A stretch of DNA of 64,000 nt from an uncultured delta proteobacterium. GTDB taxonomy: Bacteria; Desulfobacterota; Binatia; UBA9968. Where the stretch lies: positions 1 through 64,000 of the forward strand of contig CAVXEP010000022.1 in NCBI GenBank assembly GCA_963760795.1. The letters run 5' to 3'. The position numbers and the translations under genes are program-made. The notes below the pieces were generated by a model. That model did no database searches. It was not told the DNA's origin and saw nothing but the letters and a program-made list of their open reading frames with translations. Of this stretch, positions 20,830 through 30,521 are shown piece by piece (the first letter of the stretch is position 1; each line of letters starts with the position of its first letter).

Positions 20830-21987
20830 ATGAACTCACAACCTAACATCATCAGCGCCGTCGATCAGGTCATCGAGCCACCGACGCTTTGGACCGAGCG
20901 GTTGTCGAAGGCGAAGTTCGGCGCGCGTATTCCCCACATCGAACGCAGCGCCGACGGCGTTGACCGCTGGATTGTCGACGGACGAGCCTATGCGCTTGGA
21001 CAATCCGCCGATGTCGGCGCCCTGTTGCTCGACCGCGTCGCCACGGCGAAACAGTGGGACGACATCCCAAACGCAGCTTACGATCCCGCGGCGCGCCTCA
21101 AAGCGATGGACGAAGATGGCGTCGGCCACAGCGTGTTCTATCCAAGCCTCGCGGGATTTTCCGGAGAACGTTTTGGCGCCCTCGCCGATCCCGAACTAGC
21201 CCTCGCCTGCGTGCAAGCCTACAACGACTGGCTCATCGATGAGTGGATGCACACAAGCAATCGTTTCATTCCCCAGTGCGTCGTACCGTTGTCGCCCATC
21301 GACGCCACCGTCGCGGAAATCCGCCGTGCCGTCGGCCGCGGCCACCGCGGCGTCATTTTCCCCGCCGCGCCCATGCAGCTTGGCGCCTTGCCGCACATCA
21401 ATGACGCCGATTACGATCCGGTATGGGCGACATGCCAAGAGCTAGAGGTGCCACTATGTTTCCGCGCCGGCTCGACACCGGAATTATTTCAATTTCCCAT
21501 GCCGCCAAACCTGGCGCCGGAGTTGGCCGCGGCGATGCAGTCGGCGACGCGCTCGGCCAGCGCGGTGTTCGATCTCACCAACATACTTTTCTCACGCATT
21601 CTGCTGCGCTTTCCCAAGCTCAAAGTCGTTTTCGCCGGGAGCACCATCGGCTGGGGCACATTCTTACTCGAATATGCCGATCACCAATACGAGCAAGACC
21701 ACTGCGACTATCCGTTGAAACCATCGGAAATGTTTCATCGCCAATGTTATCTGACCGCCTGGTATGACCAAGCTAAGATCAATGCGCCGCATATCGGCAT
21801 AGACAACATTCTTTGGTCGACCAACTTTCCAGCGGCGGATTCGAGCTGGCCAGACACACTAAAGCATGTGACAAAAGGCCTGGCGGGCATGAGCGACATT
21901 GAGCAGCGGCAGATTCTGTCGGGCAACGCGGCAAAACTGTACAAGATTCCCGAAGTCAATTTAGCGGCGCAACGCGGGAGTAAGTAA
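20830..21987 (+). CDS. Amidohydrolase_2 paralog lacking metal ligands
   Basis: Aligns by eye with 19537 but has ISAVDQ, CFRAG, FAGSTIGW, WSTNFP. Confidence 0.8.
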   Translation: MNSQPNIISAVDQVIEPPTLWTERLSKAKFGARIPHIERSADGVDRWIVDGRAYALGQSADVGALLLDRVATAKQWDDIPNAAYDPAARLKAMDEDGVGHSVFYPSLAGFSGERFGALADPELALACVQAYNDWLIDEWMHTSNRFIPQCVVPLSPIDATVAEIRRAVGRGHRGVIFPAAPMQLGALPHINDADYDPVWATCQELEVPLCFRAGSTPELFQFPMPPNLAPELAAAMQSATRSASAVFDLTNILFSRILLRFPKLKVVFAGSTIGWGTFLLEYADHQYEQDHCDYPLKPSEMFHRQCYLTAWYDQAKINAPHIGIDNILWSTNFPAADSSWPDTLKHVTKGLAGMSDIEQRQILSGNAAKLYKIPEVNLAAQRGSK

Positions 21988-22967
21988 TGCGACGACTACC
22001 TGGAATATCGCTACTGCTTGGCATGTTTATATTTATCACCACAGGGCGGGCTCACGCCCAGGTGGCCCTCAAGATGGGCTATAGCGGTGCCGGAGTCGCG
22101 CAGAGCCTGTATAACACCATCGACCGGGCCGGCCTCTGGGCGAAATATAATCTCGACGTGAAAGCGATCTACTTCAACAGCGGCGCGCTGACCGTGCAAG
22201 CCTTGGTCGGCGGCGACATCGATCTGACCGACTCCAATATACCGACCATGCTCAATTTGAAAGCCGCCGGCGTTCTTGACGTGCGCATGATCGCCGGCTG
22301 GATGAATCGCATCACGCTGAGCTTTCTCGCGCGCAAGCCGATCAAAGCCCCCGCCGACCTCAGGGGCAAACGACTCGCCATCAGCCGCTTCGGCGCATCC
22401 TCCGACTTTGTCACTCGCATGCTGCTACGCTATTGGAAACTCGATCCGGAAAAAGACGTGACGATCATCCAGTCGGGCGGCAACGATTCCCTGCGCATCG
22501 CCGCGTTGGTCGCCGGCCACATCGACGGCGCATTGATCGGCACCTACGAGTTGCCGAAGATTCTCGAAACCGGCTGCTGCGTCAACCTTGCCGACCTGGA
22601 GGATCTACCGATCGAGTACGCGCGCTTCGGCGTCATCGTGCCGACGGCTTCGCTTAAGGCCCGGCGTGAAATTTTTCGCAGATATCTAGAGGCGCTGGTC
22701 GAAGGAATTTACGTCTTTAAAACACGGCCCGAGCTGCCCATTGCCGTGCTCAAACGGGAAGGCATCAAGGATGCCGAGGGCGGCCAAAAGAAAATCGCCA
22801 ACGTGCTGATCGATTTTCCTGTGCCCGATGAAAAGGCGGTGCAGACGGCGCTCGATTCCATCGGCACCCCCAAGGCGAAACTTGCCCAGGCGAAAGACTA
22901 TATCGATAGCAGTCTCTTGGAGGAGATCAAAAAAAGCGGCTTCTTTGAACGGCTGCATGGGAAATAA
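21987..22967 (+). CDS. SsuA/NMT1-like substrate-binding protein (GCC type)
   Basis: Signal peptide; ISRFGASSD; paralog of 26834. Confidence 0.85.
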   Translation: MRRLPGISLLLGMFIFITTGRAHAQVALKMGYSGAGVAQSLYNTIDRAGLWAKYNLDVKAIYFNSGALTVQALVGGDIDLTDSNIPTMLNLKAAGVLDVRMIAGWMNRITLSFLARKPIKAPADLRGKRLAISRFGASSDFVTRMLLRYWKLDPEKDVTIIQSGGNDSLRIAALVAGHIDGALIGTYELPKILETGCCVNLADLEDLPIEYARFGVIVPTASLKARREIFRRYLEALVEGIYVFKTRPELPIAVLKREGIKDAEGGQKKIANVLIDFPVPDEKAVQTALDSIGTPKAKLAQAKDYIDSSLLEEIKKSGFFERLHGK

Positions 22968-23127
22968 TTGTCAGGCACAAGATGTCAGTTACCCGTCAAA
23001 GCAACCCGCGATACTATTTGTCATGAGCGACAAGCCGGTGCTCGATGCCCTGGGATTCTATCGAGAGGAAAGCCTTTGCCCGGAACACTAGAAACACTCG
23101 CATCATTCGAGAAGCGAAACGGAGGCG

Positions 23128-24228
23128 ATGCCGATGGCGGCGCAAAATGAATTTATCTTGAATCCGTACTTGGGTTGGCAGCGCGAGCAAGGTATTCCGA
23201 TTCACACCGGCTACTTCGTCGAAGATCTGCGCACCGTCGCAGTCGGGTACTGGAAGGAGCGCAATGCTAATGGCGCATTTATCAATCTGTCCAATGCCGT
23301 GGTCAATGACGCCGTGGTGCTGGAAATCCCGCGCGGCGAAAAGACCCATCCGCGCCGCCAGGTGTTCGACGAGTCGGTAATGGTCGTGGCCGGCCAAGGC
23401 GCCACGTCCATGGGGTATCAAGATGGCAAGAAGCGAACCTTCGAGTGGCAACAGGGCAGCGTGTTTGCCATCCCGCCCAATGTGTATTACCAGCACTACG
23501 CTATGGACAAGCCGGCGCGATTGGTTTCCTGCACTTCCGCGCCGCTTTACATGCAGCTGTTCAACAACAACGACTTCATCTTCAATTGCGATTACAAATT
23601 TCTCGACCGCTTCGCCGAAGAAGAAAATTATTTCGCCGAAGCGTCGAACCTGCTCGCAGGGTTCAACGGCATCGAGACCAACTTCATCGCCGACGTGCGC
23701 CGGTGGTTCACCCGCGAGAACGTCTACGCCCTCGAAGAAAAGGGCGGCTTCAAACAGAGCCGCGACCGCGCCCAGGATGCCTACAGCATGCGCGTGCGCT
23801 TCGCCAAAACGATGATGATTCTCCATCTCTCCGGCTGGTCGGTGGGCACCTATAAAAAAGCTCACCGTCACGGCCCCGGCTTCACCATCGTCATACTCGA
23901 CGGTGCCGGCTTTTCTTTCATGTGGGAGGCGGGCAAGTCGCGCGAGCGCATCGACTGGCAAGCCTGGAGTATGTTCGTGCCGCCGGCGATGTGGTACCAC
24001 GAGCACTTCAACACCAGCGTCGAACCGGTGCGCTTCTTGGCCTTTCACCCGCCCGGCATGTTGGCATACCCCGGCTGGTCCGGCGAAGGCGAACATTTCA
24101 TCGGCAAGGGACCGAACCAGATCGAGTACGACGACGAAGATCCAGAAATTCGCGCCGCCTTCGAGGCCGAGTTGGCGAAGAACGGGTTGACTAGCAAGAT
24201 GAAACCGGAGCTTTATCGAAAAACCTAA
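23128..24228 (+). CDS. Bicupin protein (gentisate-dioxygenase-like superfamily)
   Basis: FEWQQGSVFAIP, KKAHRHGPG, WYHEHFN. Confidence 0.8.
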   Translation: MPMAAQNEFILNPYLGWQREQGIPIHTGYFVEDLRTVAVGYWKERNANGAFINLSNAVVNDAVVLEIPRGEKTHPRRQVFDESVMVVAGQGATSMGYQDGKKRTFEWQQGSVFAIPPNVYYQHYAMDKPARLVSCTSAPLYMQLFNNNDFIFNCDYKFLDRFAEEENYFAEASNLLAGFNGIETNFIADVRRWFTRENVYALEEKGGFKQSRDRAQDAYSMRVRFAKTMMILHLSGWSVGTYKKAHRHGPGFTIVILDGAGFSFMWEAGKSRERIDWQAWSMFVPPAMWYHEHFNTSVEPVRFLAFHPPGMLAYPGWSGEGEHFIGKGPNQIEYDDEDPEIRAAFEAELAKNGLTSKMKPELYRKT

Positions 24229-24240
24229 TTACGTTAATGA

Positions 24241-24319
24241 GGTTCAATACGTTCAACTCATTTCCGGAAACCTCCGAAAACGGTTTGAACTATTTGAACG
24301 TTTTGATCGGCTTGAACTC
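24241..24319. repeat. Inverted GTTCAA/TTGAAC nonamer element
   Basis: gttcaatac gttcaactc...ttgaactat ttgaacgtt ttgatcggc ttgaactcc. Confidence 0.8.
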
Positions 24320-24337
24320 CGAAGGAAGGATTGAAAG

Positions 24338-25747
24338 ATGCTTTACAACGATTTACGCGGCTGGATGCAAAAGGTCGACGAGTTCGGCGAGTTGCGCACC
24401 GTCGAAGGTTGCGACTGGAAATATGAGATGGGCGCGGTGGCGGAAGTTTACGCGCGCAATCCGCCCTATTCGGCGATCCTGTTCGACCAGATCAAGGATT
24501 ATCCGGCCGGCCATCGGGTGCTCGTCGGCGTGCACCATCAGTCGCTCAAGCGCCAGTGCCTGACGACGCATCTGCCCCTCGATTACGACCGCAGTCGCTT
24601 CATCCAAGCTTGGCGCCAGCGTTTGAACAACCCGACCTATATTCCGCCGCGGGTGGTCGACAGCGGTCCGGTGATGGAAAATGTTTACGAAGGCAAGGAC
24701 ATTGACCTGTTGTCGCTGCCTGTGCCCCATTGGCACGAAGGCGACGGCGGCCGCTACATGGGCACCGCCCATCTCGTCATCACCCGCGACATGGACGAGG
24801 GCTGGGTCAACATCGGCTGCTACCGCGTCATGGTGCACGACAAAGATACCCTGGCGCTTTACATTTCGCCGGGAAAACAAGGCCGCATCATCCGGCAAAA
24901 ATATTTCGATCAGGGCCGCCCCTGCCCGGTGGCCATCAGCTTCGGCGACGATCCGCTGCTGCTCACCGCCGCGGCCAACAGCCTGCCCTGGGGCAAGTCA
25001 GAATATGAATATGCCGGCGGCATCCGCGGCCAAGCCATCGACGTCGTCATCGGCAAACACACCGGGTTGCCGATTCCGGCGTTTTCGGAAATCACCATCG
25101 AAGGCGAATGTTATCCGGACAACCAACTCCCTGAGGGCCCCTACGGCGAATGGACCGGCTACTACGCTAGCGGCGAGCGCACCGAGCCGATCATCAAGGT
25201 GAAGCGCTTGATGCACCGCAACAATCCGATCCTCACCGGCGCCCCGTCTTCGCGTCCTCCCGCCGGCTCGGACGACAACCTGGTGCGCTCGGCGTTCATC
25301 TGGGATCACATGGAAAAAGCCGGCGTGCCGGATATTCGCGGCGTCGCCTGTTTCCAAGGGCGCTTTTTCACCGCCGTGTCGATCAAGCAGCGCTACCCCG
25401 GCCACGCCAAGCAAGCCGGCTTCGTCGCGGCGCAATGCGGCGCCGGCGCCTATTTGGGCCGTTACATCGTCGTCGTCGATGACGATATCGACCCCTACGA
25501 TCTCAATGATGTCACCTGGGCCATGTGTACGCGCTCCGATCCCCAGGCCGACACCGACTTCATCCGCCGCGCCTGGAGCGGCCCCCTCGACCCGGTGATC
25601 CCGAAAGATAAGAAAGGCTTCAGCAGCCGCGCCGTCATCGACGCCACCCGGCCCTACGAGTGGATGAAGGACTATCCAAAAGTCTCCGGATCGAGTGCGG
25701 AGATGAAAGAGTTGGCAGTGAAGAAATATGGGAAGTTTTTTTCGTGA
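24338..25747 (+). CDS. UbiD-family (prFMN) decarboxylase
   Basis: DGGRY, NIGCYR, EGPYGEWTGYY, VVVDDDIDP, IDATRP. Confidence 0.92.
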   Translation: MLYNDLRGWMQKVDEFGELRTVEGCDWKYEMGAVAEVYARNPPYSAILFDQIKDYPAGHRVLVGVHHQSLKRQCLTTHLPLDYDRSRFIQAWRQRLNNPTYIPPRVVDSGPVMENVYEGKDIDLLSLPVPHWHEGDGGRYMGTAHLVITRDMDEGWVNIGCYRVMVHDKDTLALYISPGKQGRIIRQKYFDQGRPCPVAISFGDDPLLLTAAANSLPWGKSEYEYAGGIRGQAIDVVIGKHTGLPIPAFSEITIEGECYPDNQLPEGPYGEWTGYYASGERTEPIIKVKRLMHRNNPILTGAPSSRPPAGSDDNLVRSAFIWDHMEKAGVPDIRGVACFQGRFFTAVSIKQRYPGHAKQAGFVAAQCGAGAYLGRYIVVVDDDIDPYDLNDVTWAMCTRSDPQADTDFIRRAWSGPLDPVIPKDKKGFSSRAVIDATRPYEWMKDYPKVSGSSAEMKELAVKKYGKFFS

Positions 25748-25793
25748 GGCGTGAGGGGTAAGGGGTAAAGCGTTTCGGATCCGAACTCCTTAC
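25743..25793. repeat. Heptamer hairpin: left arm, core and start of right arm
   Basis: cgtgagg cgtgagg ggtaagg ggtaaag - ttcggatccgaa - ccttacc. Confidence 0.8.
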
Positions 25794-26800
25794 CTCCACT
25801 CTTGGACCGCGTACATTGCTTTTGTACCGGACAGCTATTGCATTGATTGCCCCACTCGATGCGATAGTACTCGGTTCCCATATAGTTATCTTTGATGCGG
25901 CTGCACTGCGTGCTGAGCTTGCCCTGAGGACAAACCGCCTGGCGCTCGTTGATATCGACATGGAACGCATCGCTATTGTAGGGTCCCTTGTGAGGATCGG
26001 GACGCGTCGGTCCTAATAACTCCATGCCGTTTTGTTCCGCCTGCGTTAAGGTGTGCTCGGTCACATAACCTGCATCGGTGTAGATCGCCCGGGGTTCGAT
26101 CTCATGGTGCGCTTGTTCTCTTGTGAGCGTCTCGGTCAAGCCAGCCTTCTCGTCCTGGGCCGCTTCGACGGTCAGCATCTCGGTGATGAAATGGTCGGTG
26201 GGCTCGCCCTTTTTCTTGATCGGTTGTTGAGGATCGACAGTCTCGGTTACATGCACCTTGTAGCCGATCCATTGCTTGCTCCTCTTATCGGCATAATGCG
26301 CATCGGAATCATGGGGGTTCTGCACCGCGCGAGGCGGTCGCTTGGGGGCGAGCTCAAGCTTTCCGTCGACCATCTCAAACTGCTCGCCAAAGACTCGCCG
26401 CAATAGTTTCACTGCTTCACGTCCAGCGAGCTTAGGATCGTTTCCGTCTAGCCACTCCAGCAGCTCTCTCATGTCTTGCCCACACTGCCGATAGCGGCGG
26501 TCGCGCTCGGTCTTGTTTAGCCGCCAATCCAGTTTGCTCTCTACATACAGTTCCCACAACCTGTCCCAAAATTCTGGCTGCTTTTTCCTCCCCACTTTTA
26601 CTTTCAAATCCTCCAACGCCAAGCGCAGCGTCTCTATCGCGCACTCCAACAAGCTCATCGCCTTGACGTACCCCACGATATGCGTGCTATCGAGCCGCTG
26701 CTTGCCCTTTCTCTTCACCAATCCCAGCTCCACCAGCAACTTAACTATCCCGTCAAAGATCATCCGCTCGACTTTGTTGTCTTCCAACCGGTCGCGAAAA
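25793..26800 (-). mobile_element. Internal fragment of an IS1182-like DDE transposase (no IS ends)
   Basis: FRDRL, LDSTH, GYKVH, DAGY, CPQG..C..CP..C; the N-terminus and the final catalytic Glu segment are absent. Confidence 0.8.
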
Positions 26801-26820
26801 CTCACGCCTCACCCCTTACG
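26801..26820. repeat. Heptamer hairpin, remainder of right arm
   Basis: ctcacg cctcacc ccttacg, complementary to units at 25743-25770. Confidence 0.8.
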
Positions 26821-26833
26821 AAAAGGAACAAAG

Positions 26834-27805
26834 ATGCTGCAAGCCAAGTATTTACTACCGAGCTTATTCGTAGCGCTGCTCATCGCATCACCCACCCCCG
26901 CCCAACAACTCGTCCGCGTCGGCTACAGTGGCACCGGCGTGGCGAAGAATCTGCACAAGATCATCGAGCGCGCCGGACTGTGGAAGAAGCGCGGCCTCGA
27001 CGTCCGGCTGATTTATTTCACCAGCGGCGCGACCATGGCGCAAGCGATGGTCGGCGGCGACTTGGACGTGGCCGACTCCGACGTACCGGCGATGCTCAAT
27101 GCCGTGTCCGTCGGCGCGTTAGATGGCAAACTGATCAGCGTCTATATTAACCGTTTTCCCTTCGCCTTCGTCGTGCGCAACGATATCAAGACGCCGGAAG
27201 ACTTAAAGGGCAAACAAGTTGCCATCAGCCGCTTCGGTTCGTCATCAGATGTCACCACACGCATGCTGCTGCGCCAATTCAACCTCGATCCGGAAAAGGA
27301 CGTGCGCATCATTCAAGCGACTGGAACGACCCGCGTGCCCGCCATGATCGCCGGGCAACTGCACGGCACATTGCTCGGCACCTACGACGTGCCGATCATC
27401 ACCGATTCCGGCTGCTGCCGCGTCATGGTCGACATGTTGGAGCTACCCATCGACTACGCCCGCTTCGGCCAGGTTGTGCCGACCCAATTCTTGCGCAGCA
27501 AACGTGAACTCTTGAGCAAATTCGCCGAGGGATTGATCGAAGGCATTTACGTCTTCAAGACCAATAAAGAGCTGGCGATGTCAATCCTCCGCGCCGAAGG
27601 CATCAAAGGCCCCGAGTACAGCTACCCAAGAGTCGCCGCCGCCATGCGCGAACGCCCCATCCCCGAAGCCAAAGGCGTCCAAGCGGTCATGGATTCGGTC
27701 AAATCGCCGAAGTCCAAACTGACGCTTGCAAAAGATGTGATGGACGGAAGCCTGATCGAAGAAATCGACAAAAGCGGGTATATTGCAAAGTTGTATGGAA
27801 AGTAA
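26834..27805 (+). CDS. SsuA/NMT1-like substrate-binding protein (GCC type)
   Basis: AAGGA RBS; signal peptide MLQAKYLL...PTPA; ISRFGSSSD. Confidence 0.85.
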   Translation: MLQAKYLLPSLFVALLIASPTPAQQLVRVGYSGTGVAKNLHKIIERAGLWKKRGLDVRLIYFTSGATMAQAMVGGDLDVADSDVPAMLNAVSVGALDGKLISVYINRFPFAFVVRNDIKTPEDLKGKQVAISRFGSSSDVTTRMLLRQFNLDPEKDVRIIQATGTTRVPAMIAGQLHGTLLGTYDVPIITDSGCCRVMVDMLELPIDYARFGQVVPTQFLRSKRELLSKFAEGLIEGIYVFKTNKELAMSILRAEGIKGPEYSYPRVAAAMRERPIPEAKGVQAVMDSVKSPKSKLTLAKDVMDGSLIEEIDKSGYIAKLYGK

Positions 27806-27834
27806 TCTTGAGGGTTTTCTAAACTAATAAGGCC

Positions 27835-28065
27835 ATGGCGGAATCGCAGGATCTTCTGATGTTAGAGTTTCTCTCGTGGGTAGCGAGCCGCCCGCGCACC
27901 TACGACGAAGCCATGGAAGCGTGGCAGAGCCACTGTCCGAGGCAGACGATTTGGGAAGACGCGATTATCGAGGGGTTAGTCGAGATCAATCGACAACCTA
28001 ACGATTGCGAGGTAGTGTTAACACCGCGGGGCGAAGCAATCCTCAACGCGAAAGAACGCGACTAG
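27835..28065 (+). CDS. Small hypothetical protein (possible winged helix)
   Basis: FLSWV..RPRTY.EAMEAW.SHCPR..WEDA...LTPRG. Confidence 0.65.
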   Translation: MAESQDLLMLEFLSWVASRPRTYDEAMEAWQSHCPRQTIWEDAIIEGLVEINRQPNDCEVVLTPRGEAILNAKERD

Positions 28066-28106
28066 AGGAATCATCCGAACAAATTGCCAGCATAAGTTTA
28101 GACTCA

Positions 28107-28967
28107 ATGCCCCCCTCCACCCTTCTCTTCGGCGCCACGTCGATCCTCGGCTATAGCATCGCCAATTTATTCCCCGAAACGGTTTTGCCGTTTGTCACCC
28201 GCGCCAACCGGGCGAAGATTATCCGCCGATGGCCGGTGTTGAATCTGGAAGATCCGGCGTGGCCGGCGACCGTCTTTGAACAGCACCAACCCGATTTATT
28301 CATCCAGTGCCATGCGGTGTGCGATGTGCCGCGCTGCGAGGTCGCACCCGACTGGGCGCGCGAAGTGAATATTGTTTATCTCAAACGGGTGCTCGACGCA
28401 TTGCCGGACAAGACGCGGCTCGTCTACGTCTCCTCCGATCACGTGTTTGGCGGCGACGGTGTCTATGATGAAGACTCGCGGCCCTGTCCGATCAGTGTTT
28501 ACGGTAGAACGCGGGTGGAGGCCGAAGCAATGGTTCTGGCCAGGCCCGGCTCGTTGGTCATCCGCGTCGGTTTGGCGATCGGTCCATCGCCCAATGGTCG
28601 CACCGGCCACTGGGATTGGCTGCGCTATCGCGTTGGCAAGAATCTGCCGGTGACCATAGTTCACGACGAATATCGCTCGGTGGTTTGGGCCTATGATTTG
28701 GCATTGCGCGTGATGCGCATGGCAGAGAGCGGCGCAGCCGGCATCCGCCATGTCTCGGCTACTCGAGTAATTTCGCGCATCGAACTGGCGAACCATCTGC
28801 TGACTCTTTTTGGCGAACCGGCGAGCTATGAGAGCGAGAGCCGCCACCAACGCTCAGCGCCCCATCTTGGCCGCGTCGAATTGGCGAGTATCCACAGCGG
28901 CGAGTTATACCAACCGCTCCAATGCGTCTTGGACGGTCCCGACTTGATGGGCCGGTATTGCGATTGA
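28107..28967 (+). CDS. RmlD-like extended SDR
   Basis: FGATSILG, YVSSDHVFGG, YDEDS.P.PISVYG.TR (catalytic YxxxK is YxxxR). Confidence 0.8.
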   Translation: MPPSTLLFGATSILGYSIANLFPETVLPFVTRANRAKIIRRWPVLNLEDPAWPATVFEQHQPDLFIQCHAVCDVPRCEVAPDWAREVNIVYLKRVLDALPDKTRLVYVSSDHVFGGDGVYDEDSRPCPISVYGRTRVEAEAMVLARPGSLVIRVGLAIGPSPNGRTGHWDWLRYRVGKNLPVTIVHDEYRSVVWAYDLALRVMRMAESGAAGIRHVSATRVISRIELANHLLTLFGEPASYESESRHQRSAPHLGRVELASIHSGELYQPLQCVLDGPDLMGRYCD

Positions 28968-29039
28968 CAGCTCTGCCAAAGAACGAATCGCTGCCCAAGT
29001 GCTTCGATTGCTAGATCGCAGATCGAACAAGAACAACCA

Positions 29040-29480
29040 ATGGCTGTAGATGTTGTAACCGAGATCATCATTCGCCGTCCACGCGAGCAAGTGGCCTCCT
29101 ATGCCAGCAACCCCAACAACGCGCCCCAGTGGCACGTCAACATCAAATCGGTCGACTGGAAGTCAGCTCCGCCGCTGCGCGTCGGCTCGCGGCTCGCTTT
29201 CGTCGCCCAATTCCTCGGACGGCAGCTCGCCTATACCTACGAAATCGTCGAACTATTACCTAGCGAGCGACTGGTGATGCGCACCTCGGAAGGTCCATTC
29301 GCCATGGAGACCAGCTACACCTGGGAGACCATCACCGACGGCAGCACACGCATGACCCTGCGCAACCGTGGCAATCCCACCGGCTTCGCCAAACTCGCCG
29401 CCTCGTTCATGGCCAGAGCCGTGGGCAAGGCGAACCAGAGGGATCTCGCGCGGCTGAAATCCATTCTTGAGCAACGCTAA
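29040..29480 (+). CDS. SRPBCC-family protein
   Basis: IRRPREQVASY, FLGRQL.YTYE, GPFAMETSY. Confidence 0.85.
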   Translation: MAVDVVTEIIIRRPREQVASYASNPNNAPQWHVNIKSVDWKSAPPLRVGSRLAFVAQFLGRQLAYTYEIVELLPSERLVMRTSEGPFAMETSYTWETITDGSTRMTLRNRGNPTGFAKLAASFMARAVGKANQRDLARLKSILEQR

Positions 29481-29528
29481 GGGCCACTGTTTCTGGATGT
29501 TCCATTACCAATGGAGTTTTGTCCGCTG

Positions 29529-30521
29529 TTAGCTATGACGATAGCGGAAGCTTAATCGTCCGGCGCCAAGGCCGAGCGCGATCACCGACAGAAAAAACAG
29601 CAGCGCGGGAATTTGCGCGGTGATCGCCGGCTCGATACCGCTAACCGCCACCAATCGCTCGGCGCGAACCGGCGCTTGACCGGGGACCTCGGCAACGATA
29701 TTCACGCGATACTCCGCGCCATCGGGATAGTGAAACTTCAGGTCGAACTCACTCGCCACCAGCACCCTGTCGACGGCGAACATGGTCTTGCGCTTTTCCA
29801 GATGAGTGATCGTCAACGACAGTTGGCTGTTGCCCACAGGCGTATCGGTCGGACGCCAGCGCAGACTGGTTAACTTACCGACGACCGCGCCATCGATTTC
29901 CAGCGCGCTCTGCGGGTTCGAAGCATCTTGTGTCGGCGACGGCGGGTCATGTCCGCCGACGCTGCCGACGACGGCTAGGGACAGCGCTAGCAACGCCGTT
30001 GTCATCCCGCCCCGGCCCGGTGTGGTAAATATCCGCCCGGCGAACAAACCAACTAGAAACAAGCCGGCGCAAAAGAGGCCGAGCCAAAACCACTTTTGGC
30101 GCTCTTCCAGCACAGGAATTGGAAAATCCTTGTTCGTCTCTTGACCGTCGGCAGCGACGAAATTGACCGACAGGCGATAGTTGCCACGGATCGGAAAGAG
30201 GTATTTCCACTCAGCGCGTCCCCGGCGCAGCGGCAAGACCAACTCGAGCAAGCGGCTGCCTTCCACCAAGGGAAAATCGGTGGATAGAAAGTTGCCGGGC
30301 TTCGGCGCGTCAATGACGATCGCGACCTTGCCCTGGGCCACCGGCCGCCCGTCCGCACGGGTCACCAGCAGAGAGAGCGTCGCCGGGTCGGCAAACGGCC
30401 GCAGCAGTTCTATTTTAGGCGTCGTCTTAAGAAAAATGTTAAATTCTTCAGCGCTGGCAACAGCGCCAAAGCGTAAGATGAAAACGACACCGGCGGATGC
30501 CGCAAGCGCTTTTAGTGACAA
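29529..30521 (-). CDS. Membrane-anchored protein with two Ig/YtkA-like domains
   Basis: TTG start overlapping the cbtB stop; signal peptide, FPIRGNYRLSV / YPDGAEYRVNI repeat, three hydrophobic segments. Confidence 0.6.
   Translation of the reverse strand: MSLKALAASAGVVFILRFGAVASAEEFNIFLKTTPKIELLRPFADPATLSLLVTRADGRPVAQGKVAIVIDAPKPGNFLSTDFPLVEGSRLLELVLPLRRGRAEWKYLFPIRGNYRLSVNFVAADGQETNKDFPIPVLEERQKWFWLGLFCAGLFLVGLFAGRIFTTPGRGGMTTALLALSLAVVGSVGGHDPPSPTQDASNPQSALEIDGAVVGKLTSLRWRPTDTPVGNSQLSLTITHLEKRKTMFAVDRVLVASEFDLKFHYPDGAEYRVNIVAEVPGQAPVRAERLVAVSGIEPAITAQIPALLFFLSVIALGLGAGRLSFRYRHS

Noticed and set aside
26513-26833. Long N-terminal extension of the 26834 SBP in the ORF track
   Set aside because: It is the antisense frame of the transposase fragment; RBS and signal peptide point to ATG 26834
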